Of a stretch of 64,000 nucleotides of DNA, positions 22,301-34,300 are shown in pieces. A model generated the notes under the pieces. The model made no database searches and had not been told where the DNA came from. It saw nothing but the letters and a program-made list of their open reading frames with translations. The position numbers were made by a program, and so were the translations under genes. Position 1 is the first letter of the stretch. The number at the start of each line of letters is the position of its first letter. Source of the stretch: Hyphochytrium catenoides (taxonomy: Eukaryota > Protista > Hyphochytriomycota); the NCBI GenBank assembly GCA_900088475.1, contig FLMG01002562.1:1-64000 (forward strand). Reading direction: 5' to 3'.

Positions 22301-25300
22301 CCCTCGGACTACGTTCAGATGGTATCAGGAGGCGACAACGCAGACGCGCGGGGTTATCTGGGCCATCGATAACGTCAAAATTTCTCTTTTCCCCGTAAGA
22401 GACAAAACTGAAGGCATGACAGTCACCGGGCTGTCCCCTAATAGTGGGCCATTGGGGTAAGACGCCGGTTCAGGCTTCCATAGACACGCTCCTTCAAGCT
22501 GACATCCTTTTCTGCACCATACTCACAGCGGAGGTACGATTGTCACTCTGACCGGCATATTTCCCTCTTCGGGTCCGCCACTTCGCTGCCTCTTTGGAAC
22601 TGAAGAAAGCAAAGAGGAAGCCTTCGCCGCCGAGAACCTTGGTGATGGACGAATCCGATGCACAGCGCCTTCATATCTCCCTTTGCCCTCTTGTAAAATG
22701 CCTGATTGCGCTACATGTTGCCGTGTCAAAGTCACCATAACCACCTGCGGAGCTGCGACGAAGTACGCCGTGAACACGGACTTTATCTACTATGCGGAGC
22801 CTACCATTGGGAAGATATTCCCTTCTATCGGTCCAGTGGCCGTACCGAGCACTATCAGAATAACAGAAGGCGCAGATTCAGGCTCGTTCTTCGACTCTAA
22901 GGAAGTAACAGTCCGGTTTAACAACCACCAAGTACTGCCTTGTACCATGAGAATGGGGGACGGACTGCTTTCCAGCTACACAGCAATCGGGGACTCCTAC
23001 GGTGAGACTGGTTACCCGCTTTCAGGCAGTGCTCCAGACTATCGCTATCAGGCCATATACCTGTGGGAAGAAGTCCAACCTCTGTATGACACCAGTATCA
23101 ATTCAAACATCCCCCCAGTCGTAGACAGAATAATGTTCAAGTTCAAGCGTATTCCCGCCCAACCGCCTCAGAACCTGCGCATTAGACTAGATAATAACGT
23201 CGGAGCGACTGCGCAGACGGTATACTCCGTACCTACCGACAATGGGGGACTCTTCAAATATATGGGTAACCCTCAGGACGAGGATAATGGGGACTTACAA
23301 TGGCTCTCTTCCGCTACTTTCCGCTCTCCAGACTTATCCGGAGAAACGGACTGGGTAGAGTTCGCCCTCTCCGTCCCAATGCTGCTTCGAAGTGGTGCGA
23401 ACATAATACTGGAGCTCTCTGAAGAGGGCGGAACTCTAAACTCTTCTCTGTCAACGGGAGATCTGTATTATCACCATGTTTTCTCACCGCGATCTGTCCT
23501 CTGGTATGGGGACACAGCTGACCCTTATCCATTCTCTTCTGCCACGGAGAGCGCTGCAGCCACCATGACAGTGCTTCAGAAGGTCCCAATGATCCAACTG
23601 TGCCTTGCAGGGCAGCCGTGCATAGTGGACAGGATTGCTGAGTGTTCACTCTCCCAGTTTGACACATCAACTTTTCACCTTCCTGAAGCCTGTCCACCAG
23701 GCACAACCAGTGCTACAGGCACTACCGTCCCACACTGGTGCTCGAAGAAGCTGGAGTTTGCTCTTAACGGTCAGAATTACGTGGACACAGGACTGACTTA
23801 TGTGCTCTACGACGAGCAGGACGTAACCTACACCTCTATGACGCCAAAGCTTGGCCCCAAAACAGGAAATACAATTGTCACCATTGGGACTGACCCCTCA
23901 TTCCCTCTGTCCTTAGCCAATGCTGCAGACATTCTGCTTCTTTTCACCATATCAGGAGAGACTTACAAGGAGTATACACGCGTGGCTCTCAGCTCTTTGA
24001 CTTCAGGGACTGGCGTTGCCTCAAATAGACTGGTCTTCAATACTCCATCCATTTCCTTCGCTGGAGAGTTTTCGGTAACGTATCCTTTCTCTTGTCGCCC
24101 TCCTTTAGCTCATATACGATCCTGCCCAGTGCTCTTGCTCTCTAAGGTCGGCCCATCTGATCGTAGTTTTCCTGACACCTGTGCTAAGTTGTTCCCTTTC
24201 TAATCTCCAGAAACACGTCTATGCTTTCCCTTTCCCCAACTTTCCCCATAACCACCCTTTTGCTCTAATTGGCTGTTATGCCAGGTCCTCATTTCCATCG
24301 ACGCTGTAAACTTCTTCCCGGTCTCCAGTACTTCAAACTCGTTTGAGGTAGACAACGGCCTCTTCAACATCTATGAGCCTCTCTTTCTGCTTGAAGTCTC
24401 GCCATTGAGCCAACTAGCTCGTAGCGCTGGAATCATCAAGACTGAAACTGAGAGTCCGTCCAGCGGTGGTGCTTTTCTTACAATAACGGGTACTTCGTTC
24501 CCAAAGCCGTCTCGCAGTGAAGACGTCTGCTGTGCTTTTATCGCTCCACGGCTGGATGTGTATCCGTATTCTAAAGTCAATCAGGAATGGGAGGACAGGA
24601 TTCCAAGTACCACGTGGGTCACAGATGAAGTCCGCCCGAGCTCGGAGTTTGATTCTCTATTGTGCGGACGAGGGAACGCTGAATGGCTCTCCTATTTTGC
24701 AGTTCGCTGCAGAACACCGCCTCTACAGGTCTCAAACACCAAAGATGACTCTGGGCTATGGAGCGTCAGGGTAAGTAGAGGCTCTGAGCTAATTGCTGAG
24801 GCATGAGGCGAACTTTGTAGATCTTGATGGAGATAGATTCCCTGTATATATGGCTGCTCAAGTTTCCTCGAATCCTGTTTAGCACGTTATTATCTCTTTG
24901 TAAGTTGTCTTCTACTTCATCATATGTACTTGTGTAGGTCTCGCTCAATGCCCAGAACTTTCATGCGGGTATGCAAGGGTCGCCTATAACTGTGCGTTCC
25001 CTATCGTGCCCTGGAGGATCTTACGCAGCAGATTATACTTTACCATGCCAACAATGTCAGCCTGGAACTAAGGACTCACGCCCTGCCACCGACTATCTCA
25101 TCGCGGAGCTTACTACCTGCACAGAATGCCCCCCAGGTAGAGGATGCATGGGCGATGTATGGATTAGGATGGAATCTTGTTATCAGTGGAAGGGATTGTG
25201 TTTCCGGAATGCAAGAACTAAATACCTGGCGCGGATGACTTACAAAATTGATGCTGGCTGCAGGTACATATGCGGATTCTCCTGGCGCGCTCGAGTGCAA

Positions 25301-28300
25301 AAGCTGCCCTCGTTCCTTCGCAGAGAGTGATTCTAGCACATACTCTAGCACATTCGCGAGAAACAGTTCGACTGGCACTCTTTATGAGATCGGCGGTCAA
25401 CGCTCCTTGGAAGCTTGCTCCTGCAGAGAGGGTCACTGGCTGAATCCCAGCGTCCCCAAATGTGATGTACCTGGTCACTGCTGTGCACCCTGCCCCACCG
25501 GCGGTGTCTGTCCTGGAGGATTTACAGAGATCTCTGTGGCCTCGAGCCTTGGTTTCTCTACAACGAGCAGCCTCGTAACCATTACGAAGTCCTCTATGGA
25601 CAATATCTCGCTGGGTATCAGCCAAGAAATGTACGTTAGCATCAACAAAAGTGACTCTACCTCTGGTTCTATCTTTTATCCTCTCTCGTGAACGTCAACT
25701 ATTTCTTTCTAGTTTGTCGGATGCCTTGAGATTCCGTCATGACAGTAATCTGCCTTTATACCTCTTCAATCAGTGTACTCCTTATAGGTTGTTGCCTGGT
25801 TTGACGTCCATTGCTATGGTTTCAGTCTATTGACATACATATTCTGTGTGTTATACACATCCCAGTCCCTAACCCTCTGTCTGACAGGGGTGTCCAGAAC
25901 ATGCCCTATGCCAAGCGCGGCTTCTGGCAGATTCAGGGATCAAACGGGCTGTTTGAAAAGTGCGTGCCAGAACCCCGCTCATCGGACCCAACCAGCGAAC
26001 CTGGAGCTTGTAACGGCTCCCACATTGACAACGGAGTCTGGAAGACTCGCTGTGCTAAAGGATATGCAGGCTATCTTTGCGCGTCCTGCGAGCAGGGTTA
26101 CTACCACGATATGGAGTTTTGCAAGGAGTGCCCCACAAAGTCGCCCATAATTCTTTTCGTAGGGTTCTGCTGCTTGGTTTTCTTTCTCTATCTCTTCGCC
26201 CGCTACGCTCGGCATCTGCGAGGTTTAGGATCTCCACGGATCTTTGTGAACTTCGTTACCATCTCTTCAAATTTCATCTATTTCAACATCAATTGGCCAC
26301 CTGAGTTGATTGACTTTTTCAATCGTCTTAAGTTCTTCAGCATCAACATCGATGTGATTCATGCAGAGTGCGAATGGAAAGTGACTTACGAACAGAAGTT
26401 CTTTATAATGATGTTCACTCCGGTACTTGTTGGGGAGATCTTCCTGGTCCTGTACTTAGGTATGAGAAGCAATCGTTCCTAGTTTGTTGCTCAATTTCTG
26501 ATATCCAACTCTTCCGCTGGGGTCTCATCCAGCCTCTCTTCCATACTTGAGCTTTCATCTTAGAATACTTGCGTCCATTGCCGCTCTTATGCTCCATTCA
26601 AGATGATATATTTAGGGTTAGTAATCCAGCCACGTTGCTTGTCCATCCGTCTGCTTGCTGCTCCCTCTTCGCTGAAGTGGAATGCGCATATCACTGGCTG
26701 CAAGTGCATGTGAAGGCGGCCCCCTGTCCCAATAGCGTCGCTTGTAATGGACAAGCCAAGATCCTTATCTTCCCTTGTATGCACCTTCTCTGTGAGGACT
26801 GCGCAATTTTCGCCACCGGAACAGAGCAACAGTGCCTAGTCTGTTCCTCCAAAATCTTCGCCTCTAAAAAGGTGCCGCAGATGTGGGATGAGCTCGATCA
26901 GGAAGAAAAATGGGTTGTTGCTCGAGCTGTCGTGCGGACCGCCCTCCCTAATCAGGTTGGACATACTCTGAAGCGACAATTTGAGCAATTTGTAGGAGCT
27001 CTTTGGGGCAAGCGTGCAGATGAAGATGGAGGAAGAGGAGGGAGGCAAACAGTGCATTCGCCATTATCCTCCCTTCTTCTAGGATTTTATGATCCCAGGA
27101 GTCACTGGACGAGCGGCAGGATCCCATTCTCTTCTCACCGAGGGTGGCGCAACGGACTTATCCTCAGCGGGCTATGCATATTGGTTTCTCCAATCTGGTA
27201 CCTCAAAGGCCTATTGGGCGTCCTCTACAGGAGGCTCTTTTTTGGACGATCGCCCAGTAAATCCCACGACACGGAGACCACAGCAAAGAGCAAGACGTGC
27301 GCTTTTCAAGGGAGAAAGTTTGACTGCCGACGACCCCAATGTGGTTCTTACCCGTACTGCAACAAGCACTTGATGCCCGAAAGATTGCGAATTCGCTACG
27401 AGTTCAGAAATTTTTTGCTCTCTCTCAAAACAATTGGAAAGTTTTGCTTCGTCGCGGGTGTTATGATCCCTCTCGGTGTGGCTCCTGTCTCGGTGTTGCT
27501 TGGCTTTATCTATGGGTGCTTTCTACTATGGAGCCGTCTAAGGTTGCAAAGTGGGGCCAAAAAGGGCAAGCGCAGGTAACCTGTAGGTCGTGTTCGGTTG
27601 TTGTGCCTTGTGATGACCTGCAAAGAGCCTTGATCTCATCCCATTCACTCTTGGTCCTTTGCCTATCCAGCCTGCTGGATGGTTGATGTATGTTTCCTCT
27701 GCGTCGTATTGATAGTACTATGCTACTTTGGCAAACATCTTTCTCCTGCAGCTCGTTGAATGCCTTTATTTATAATGGTCTTATATTGATGTTCTAGTCT
27801 CTGCATTTGACCTTTTTGCTATATATCCTGGGTGTTACCCCATTTCAACGCTGGGCTACAAGCTGGTTACCTTGGACTGCATCGCCTAACTTCCGTGTGA
27901 TAATTCTTTCAACTATGCAGTGAATATCTGGAAGGAATGCTGCAGACCGTGACAGAAAAGAGACTGGTCACGATGTTAGGCAGTGGATTTCCCTTTGTTC
28001 GGCAAAACTCTCTTCGTTTACTTCTTCAGTACCTTACCTGTGCCATTATCTTCTGTCTCTTATTCCCTCTGGACTTACTCATTATAATTTCTTCCCGAGC
28101 AATTCGAATCATAAAGGACTTGGGACACGCGTACACTATCAGCTGGCACAGCCTTGATGCAGAGCTGCAGAGGGCCTTGAGCCGGCATCTTATAGAGAAG
28201 ATGATGATGAACGTCGATGCCAACAGCCATACATTGGTTTTGATGAATGATGGAACTCTGGCACAGCTAACAGTATTAGAGAATACTAGTCCTGCCAAGG

Positions 28301-31300
28301 AGCACTCGAACCTTGGCCATAGAGAAGCAAGGAAGGAGGAGGGCCACAAGATCGACGAGGTTCAGCGACAGACAGAAACTTTGGAACGGGCACGATGGCG
28401 GGAGGTAGCAAAGACCGTCGAGCCTATAGGAAAGACGATCAGGATGATTGGCTTTAGCAGTGCCCTTCTCCTGTTCAGCGTTCTCTCCATTCCGCTCACT
28501 CTGCTAATCCGCGGGGCGCTAGCTTGGAACTGGATGATGACGCCAGGTAGAAACTGCTCGTTTGGAGAAGAGAAAGATGATTAGTGAGATCGATGAAATG
28601 GGAATCTGTGAAAGGGACGGGATGGCTGGGACGGGGAACAGGAGCTAAGTGGGGACCAGTCGAATCATTTGGCGATGACGCCATTGTCTAGTTGTTGACT
28701 CATCTTTGCACGACTTAGGAGAGATCTAAACCGAGTCTTCTAGGGTCCTGCTGTCCTCCCTAACCTCCCTTATTTCCGTGAACCCAGGCAAGGGCAAGCG
28801 CGTACAGAAATGTGAGACACAGTTCACCTCCCTCAACGCTGGAGATTCCATACGAATCTTGGTCGGAGATCTGGGCGAACGCATTTGGGAGGAAAGAAAA
28901 ATTATACAAATCCTAGGAGATGGCGCGCTGTCTGTTGACATGGAGTTTGCCCCCTACGAGATTCTTAATGTCCATTACCAGACTCTCAACTGGACAGAAG
29001 CAGAGAACTTAGCCCTCAAGTGTCATCTTACGCGAGAAGAAGAGCAGCAAGCCTTTGACAGTGGCAGTCCTCTCGCTCGTCCTTCGCGGGGTGTTATGTT
29101 AGCAAAGCTTAAAGCTAAGGGGACTACACATCTGCAAGGCTTGAGACTCGAAGAGGTGCCCGAAGAGCAGCTGTGGGTGCAGTATGTGAGAGAAGTTGGC
29201 AAATGGAATCGAGGGCTGAGTCGCCTGTCTGCCTACCCTGTAGAGGACGGCTCCCGAGCTGAGGTACTCGGCAGCATCCGCAAAGGTGCATACGTTTGGA
29301 TGGGTAAAGGAGGCGCTATCAACAACATTCTAGGCGTGTATCGAGATTTCCCGACCTGGTGTCAACATCTATGGGTCTCAGGAAGGAATAAGGATGATCC
29401 TGCGCAGGAGAGCACAATGGAGTCCGGGTCAAAAAGAAGAAGCTGCAATGACCGCCATGCTGCAAGAGCTGTCAGGGTCTTTTCCCACTTCTTAGCATTG
29501 TTGGTGCTTGCCCCTCCCGCGCTATTGGCGGTTGTGCTGGGTCTTCTTTCCCCCATATTTCCGAATGCTGAATCCGTCTGGGTTCCTCGATTAACTAGTC
29601 GTCGCTTCGAGTTAACCATGGTTCGGGTGGGGTCGGATCACAAGCAGGATGATGATGATGGCCAGAGTGTCGTGCAAGAGAGAAAGCGCGCTGGATCTAT
29701 TGGTACGTATCGTCGTTAGATAGTATATAGTATAGAAAAGAAAGGGCTAGGGGCTGGGCGGGGTAGGGTGTATACGACATATAACTGCTTCGAATAACTT
29801 TCTCACTGGGCGATCTTACCTGCAGACGATGCGATGCAGGATGTGCGAAAGGCAAAGTGGATGCATGAGAATGAGAGAAGAAGAACAGAGGAATTTGACT
29901 GGCTCTCCGATCGTGGATTCTCGTCATACATCCCATGGAATGAGGATAACACCCAACAGAACTTTGCTATGGAGAAGTGGGGCTGCATGTGCCGCTTTAA
30001 TCCGCTCTCCATAAGTAAAACTGAAGCAGATTCTAGGGTCCGCACAAAGTCCAGGCGACCTTCCTTTTCGAAGCTTGCAAAACGAAGATCAAAGACTGGA
30101 CAAGCAGCCCTGCGGTCCGACAGTCGAAGCGACATCCGAGCTCTGAAGAATGTAGGTTCTTCAGCTTCCGTACAGTTACAGCGGGATGTCAACGCACAGC
30201 TGTGCAGTGACCTTGTCAACCCCTGGAAGTACTTTGACGGTGGATGTGTGGGAGAGGGAAAGAGAACTAAAGGGGCAAGGAAAGGAAGTTAAGTCATGAG
30301 CGATACCCTAACCTCCCACTCTGTGTGCTTTTCAACCCATAGGCTGATGAGATTATAGCCACCGACATTCGCATCATCAGAAATGTGCAAACGTCAGGGC
30401 AAGAGAGCGAAGACCATGTCCAGGTCGCCAAGATTATCTTCAGCGATGAGGAAGTGGCATCATTATGGAAGTCACATGTGGACGAGGTACAGTTCGCGCC
30501 AAAGCAAGAGCTTTTCCGTCGAATTTTTGCACTACTTTCCTATCTGAATCGTCCCTTATAGGGAATCCGCAAGAGTGGTACGGTGCCGAAGTACCGCATC
30601 CAATGGACGGAGACACTAGTGATCCACTACCTGCGGTTTCTTCTTCTATCTATCCTCTACTTTTTTCTCTTCCTTGCGTTCTGGGCCATTATGATCACAA
30701 TCCGACTCTGGCAAATCTGCAAGTCCCTGGTCACGGGGTCCGTGCAGTCCTGGCAGCGCGATCTGCAGCAGAGGTTCGACCGGTTGACTTTCAAGTACAA
30801 AAAACTTCAGGTGTTCCTCACAGACATAGAGAGCAGAAACAGTGGAGTAGGACGACTGGCCTGGTTAAAGTACCTGGTGCTGAAATGGATACTTCATGAA
30901 CCTGCGGAACTCTTCTCGTCACATTATCGCAGTCATTTCGCGCCCCAGACAAGGGTCTTTGACATTGTAACTGAGGCAGAAGGTGCTCTGACGGGCGCCT
31001 TCACAGTCAGCTATGACGGGAAAAAGTCCTTACCTCTTGGCTATGATGTTAGTGCCCTTGAGCTCGAACGAACTCTGGAGCAGAAGGCTAGGAAAGTTCC
31101 TTTACGTGGGATGGCACAGCTTACACCTGGAACAAATGTGGTCTCCTTAACAGCCAACATGCAGGGCAGGATTAATCTCAATGACGTGGTAGAGCTGTCT
31201 ACTGCTACTTTGGAGTTTTTGGCTGAACCTCTGGCGCGAAAGAAAGGGAAGTCTCTTGTGGCTGGCCGACCGTTCGATATTCAACCAATCTTGCGACTAA

Positions 31301-34300
31301 CTGACAATCAAGGGGTCAGCACTATCTCGGCTGGGGTCATGTGCTCTTTACCCGTCGTGTTATCGGCGATTGGACCTGGAGAGCTGAGAGGGAAGACAAC
31401 AAAAGTTATGAGCAAGGGCGTGGCCAATTTCAAGGTGAGAACACCCGTAGCAAGATAAGGAGAAGAGTCGTTATGCTGCAGCTTCCCGGTCCACCTAGTA
31501 CACCAAGAGTGGGTCATTCAATGCGGCTTTCCAATACCCGTCATAGTTGCTTCTCTACTCTCTTCCTATCGTGGTGTTTCTCTCGTGACGACCCTACTCA
31601 CTTTCCACTCACCAAGTTGACCATTTTTGTAAGGGCAGTCTGTAGCGTCCTTTATTTCGTCTGCCGGTGATAGTTCATGCTTCCCCAGAGTTCTGTTCTT
31701 TCCAAAAGTTCTGGTTGGTCATTACCACTTACCACACGCACACGAACAGAAGTGCAAGCTCGCCCTTACCGCCCCAGGCAAATATATCTTGGTGGCTCGA
31801 GTGGATGCTGCAGAGCTCTCTCCTGACCATTGGCTGAACAAGATGAACGTCCACTCAAAGCCGTTCGTCGTAGGAGGTTTGACAATTCCATGCACGACTT
31901 CGTCTTTAATCCACCATCGTCACCGAATCCCTACTTTTTGCCTTCATTTTGCAGAGGAGGTGCCTTTCACCTCAACGGGTAGAAAAGCTTCCATGTTCAC
32001 GAGAAAGAGGTTTAGCGTCTCCCTTCCCAAAGACGCAACATTGGAGGTCCCTCCAAGACGTCTTCCTATTCTTTCCCAATCCAAGGAAAGTGTGATCCAC
32101 TACCCAAATGGAGCCATTGCTATCCGAACAGTAGTGCAGAAGGTCATGGACGATGCCCTCTGGGTTGCTAGAACCTTTGATGGAGAACCTGTGGAGGGCC
32201 TTGCTGTGTTCAAGGTAAGGACATGGTCAGGATCGAACCGTTGTGACAATTAGGGTTGGAGGTATAGATGAGGAAGAGTAACAGCATGTTCAGGTCCGAG
32301 ATCACTTCACGGTCTCCCGTTTTGCCCAAGACAAGCACGGAGCCTGCCGCTGGAGTGTCAACATTTCGACTCGAGAGCCCTTTGGAGAGGTTGATAACCT
32401 TGATCTCAGAGTAGATGGTACAGAGCTACGAGGGCCAGGAAATGCGATAAGGTAAAAACGAAATATCCAGATAGTTTACTTCCTAAACCCCACTTTATGT
32501 GACGCCCTCATCACTCTCTCTTAGTGTGGAGCTCGTTTCATCTTCCCATAGTGCCCAGTATCGCAATGATCGGCTCATTGAGCAGCTGCGGCTTGGAGAG
32601 CAGCAGATCGCAGAGAATGATATTTCAGATTTCCGTACGTAACTCTTGCCAAGTCTCCATCGTTTACGCTTGGGTAGCTGTAGGGTAGCGATCTCTATTT
32701 GCTGTTAGTGGCAATTAACTCAGTCGTGGGTCTTTTCTGTTTGCCTGGTATGAACATGGTGACAGTCCTTGGTACCCACTGAGTAGGGATGTGACAGTCA
32801 CCGCTTTTCCTGTCCTTCTGTGGTTGCTTACATCCCTTCGCATACTTGATAGAGATCGCGATGCGGGTCTTTAGAGTATCCGTCCCCCGAGGTCTGCTCT
32901 GTCTCCTCCTACTATTCACGAAGTGGCCGGCGATCTTCCTGGCGTGCTTCCTGATGGTGTTCTCGCTCTCGCTCATCATATTCGTCTCAACGGTGTGGGA
33001 CGTCTTCCGGCTCTTCACGCAAAGCTTTGTTCCTGCCGAGAAGGAGCACAGAAGCTCGACTTTTGCCATCAAGGTCATACGCACTTCCTTTCGCACTGAT
33101 AACTCCTTTGGTTGTTGCTTTAGCTCTGTCTTTAGTTGTCTTTGGTCAATTTTAGTGCCAGCCCCCGGCCAAAGCTCGCAACTGGTGCTGTCTCCTGAAT
33201 AATCCTTGTTGTCATGGCCTATGGCTAATACCAACCGTCACTCCATTCACACGGCCCTTTGTCCTATGGTTGTTTTGGTCATTCCTGAACTTTCAACCAG
33301 GATGCCCTATCCCATGAGGTCTTCCATCGCTCATGGTATCATAGTAAGAGGACCAGGCAGCCAGGGACTACGACGGAAAGTGAAGAAAAGGATGATGGAA
33401 TAGAGGACCAGGGGGGCCAGCACACAAAGGCCACTAGAGTAGCGCCAATGGAACGCAAGGCCCCCTTTGGCAAAGGTAAACTTTCAGCTCAGCATCAGGA
33501 ACGTTAGGCTCCAACTCCCCTCTGGGTACACGGCTCATCAGCCTTAAGGACTTGAATTTGTGTTATGGAGTTTTCCTTTTTTAATTGCTGCAATTCAGGC
33601 TGTTCGATTGTTGGCACCTGGTTAGGCTGATCAAGGGATTGTTTCATCGGTGGACCTCTTCTTTCTCCTTTGAGCGCACTTGTTTTCGCCATATCCGACC
33701 TCGTGTGTCCTCTCTCCAAGGCATAGGCGGTCGTCAGGGCAACGTGAGTCGGAAGCTCTCCTCCGTCCTTCGACAGAAGTCTGTCAAGGACGTGGACAGC
33801 GTACTACAAGACGCTCGTCTAAAGAGCGCGTTTGGCTCCTCGTGGCTTTATGAAGAAGACCTGCAGACTTCATTGTTGCTCTATCTTTTAACGAGACAGG
33901 ATATTCAGCATGTTCTGGACTTCCATAGAAGTCTCTCTGCCCAGGTCAGGGAGACGACAGAGACAGAGAGAAGCGCTAAAGAGTTGATAGGGTGCATGGT
34001 TGATTCAGCCGCTTCCTCTGCGCCTGTTGTATCTTCTTGCTTTTTCTACTCTAAAGCCGACCTCTTCATAGGTAGAAGACTCTTATTTCGCTAATAAGGA
34101 CAAGATAGAGGGTCGGGACCAACGAGCTGCGGAACTCTTCAAAGGGTTTTTGCAAAAGCAAAACTTTCGGACTTTGAACCCTCTCAAGAGGTTTCAAAGC
34201 CCAGAAGGACCGGAAAGGGGCGAGACGACGAAAGTAAAGGAGGGAATCATGGTAGATCAAGCAAGGGTGGACAGTCTGCAAAGAGACTTCGTCCAGCGGT

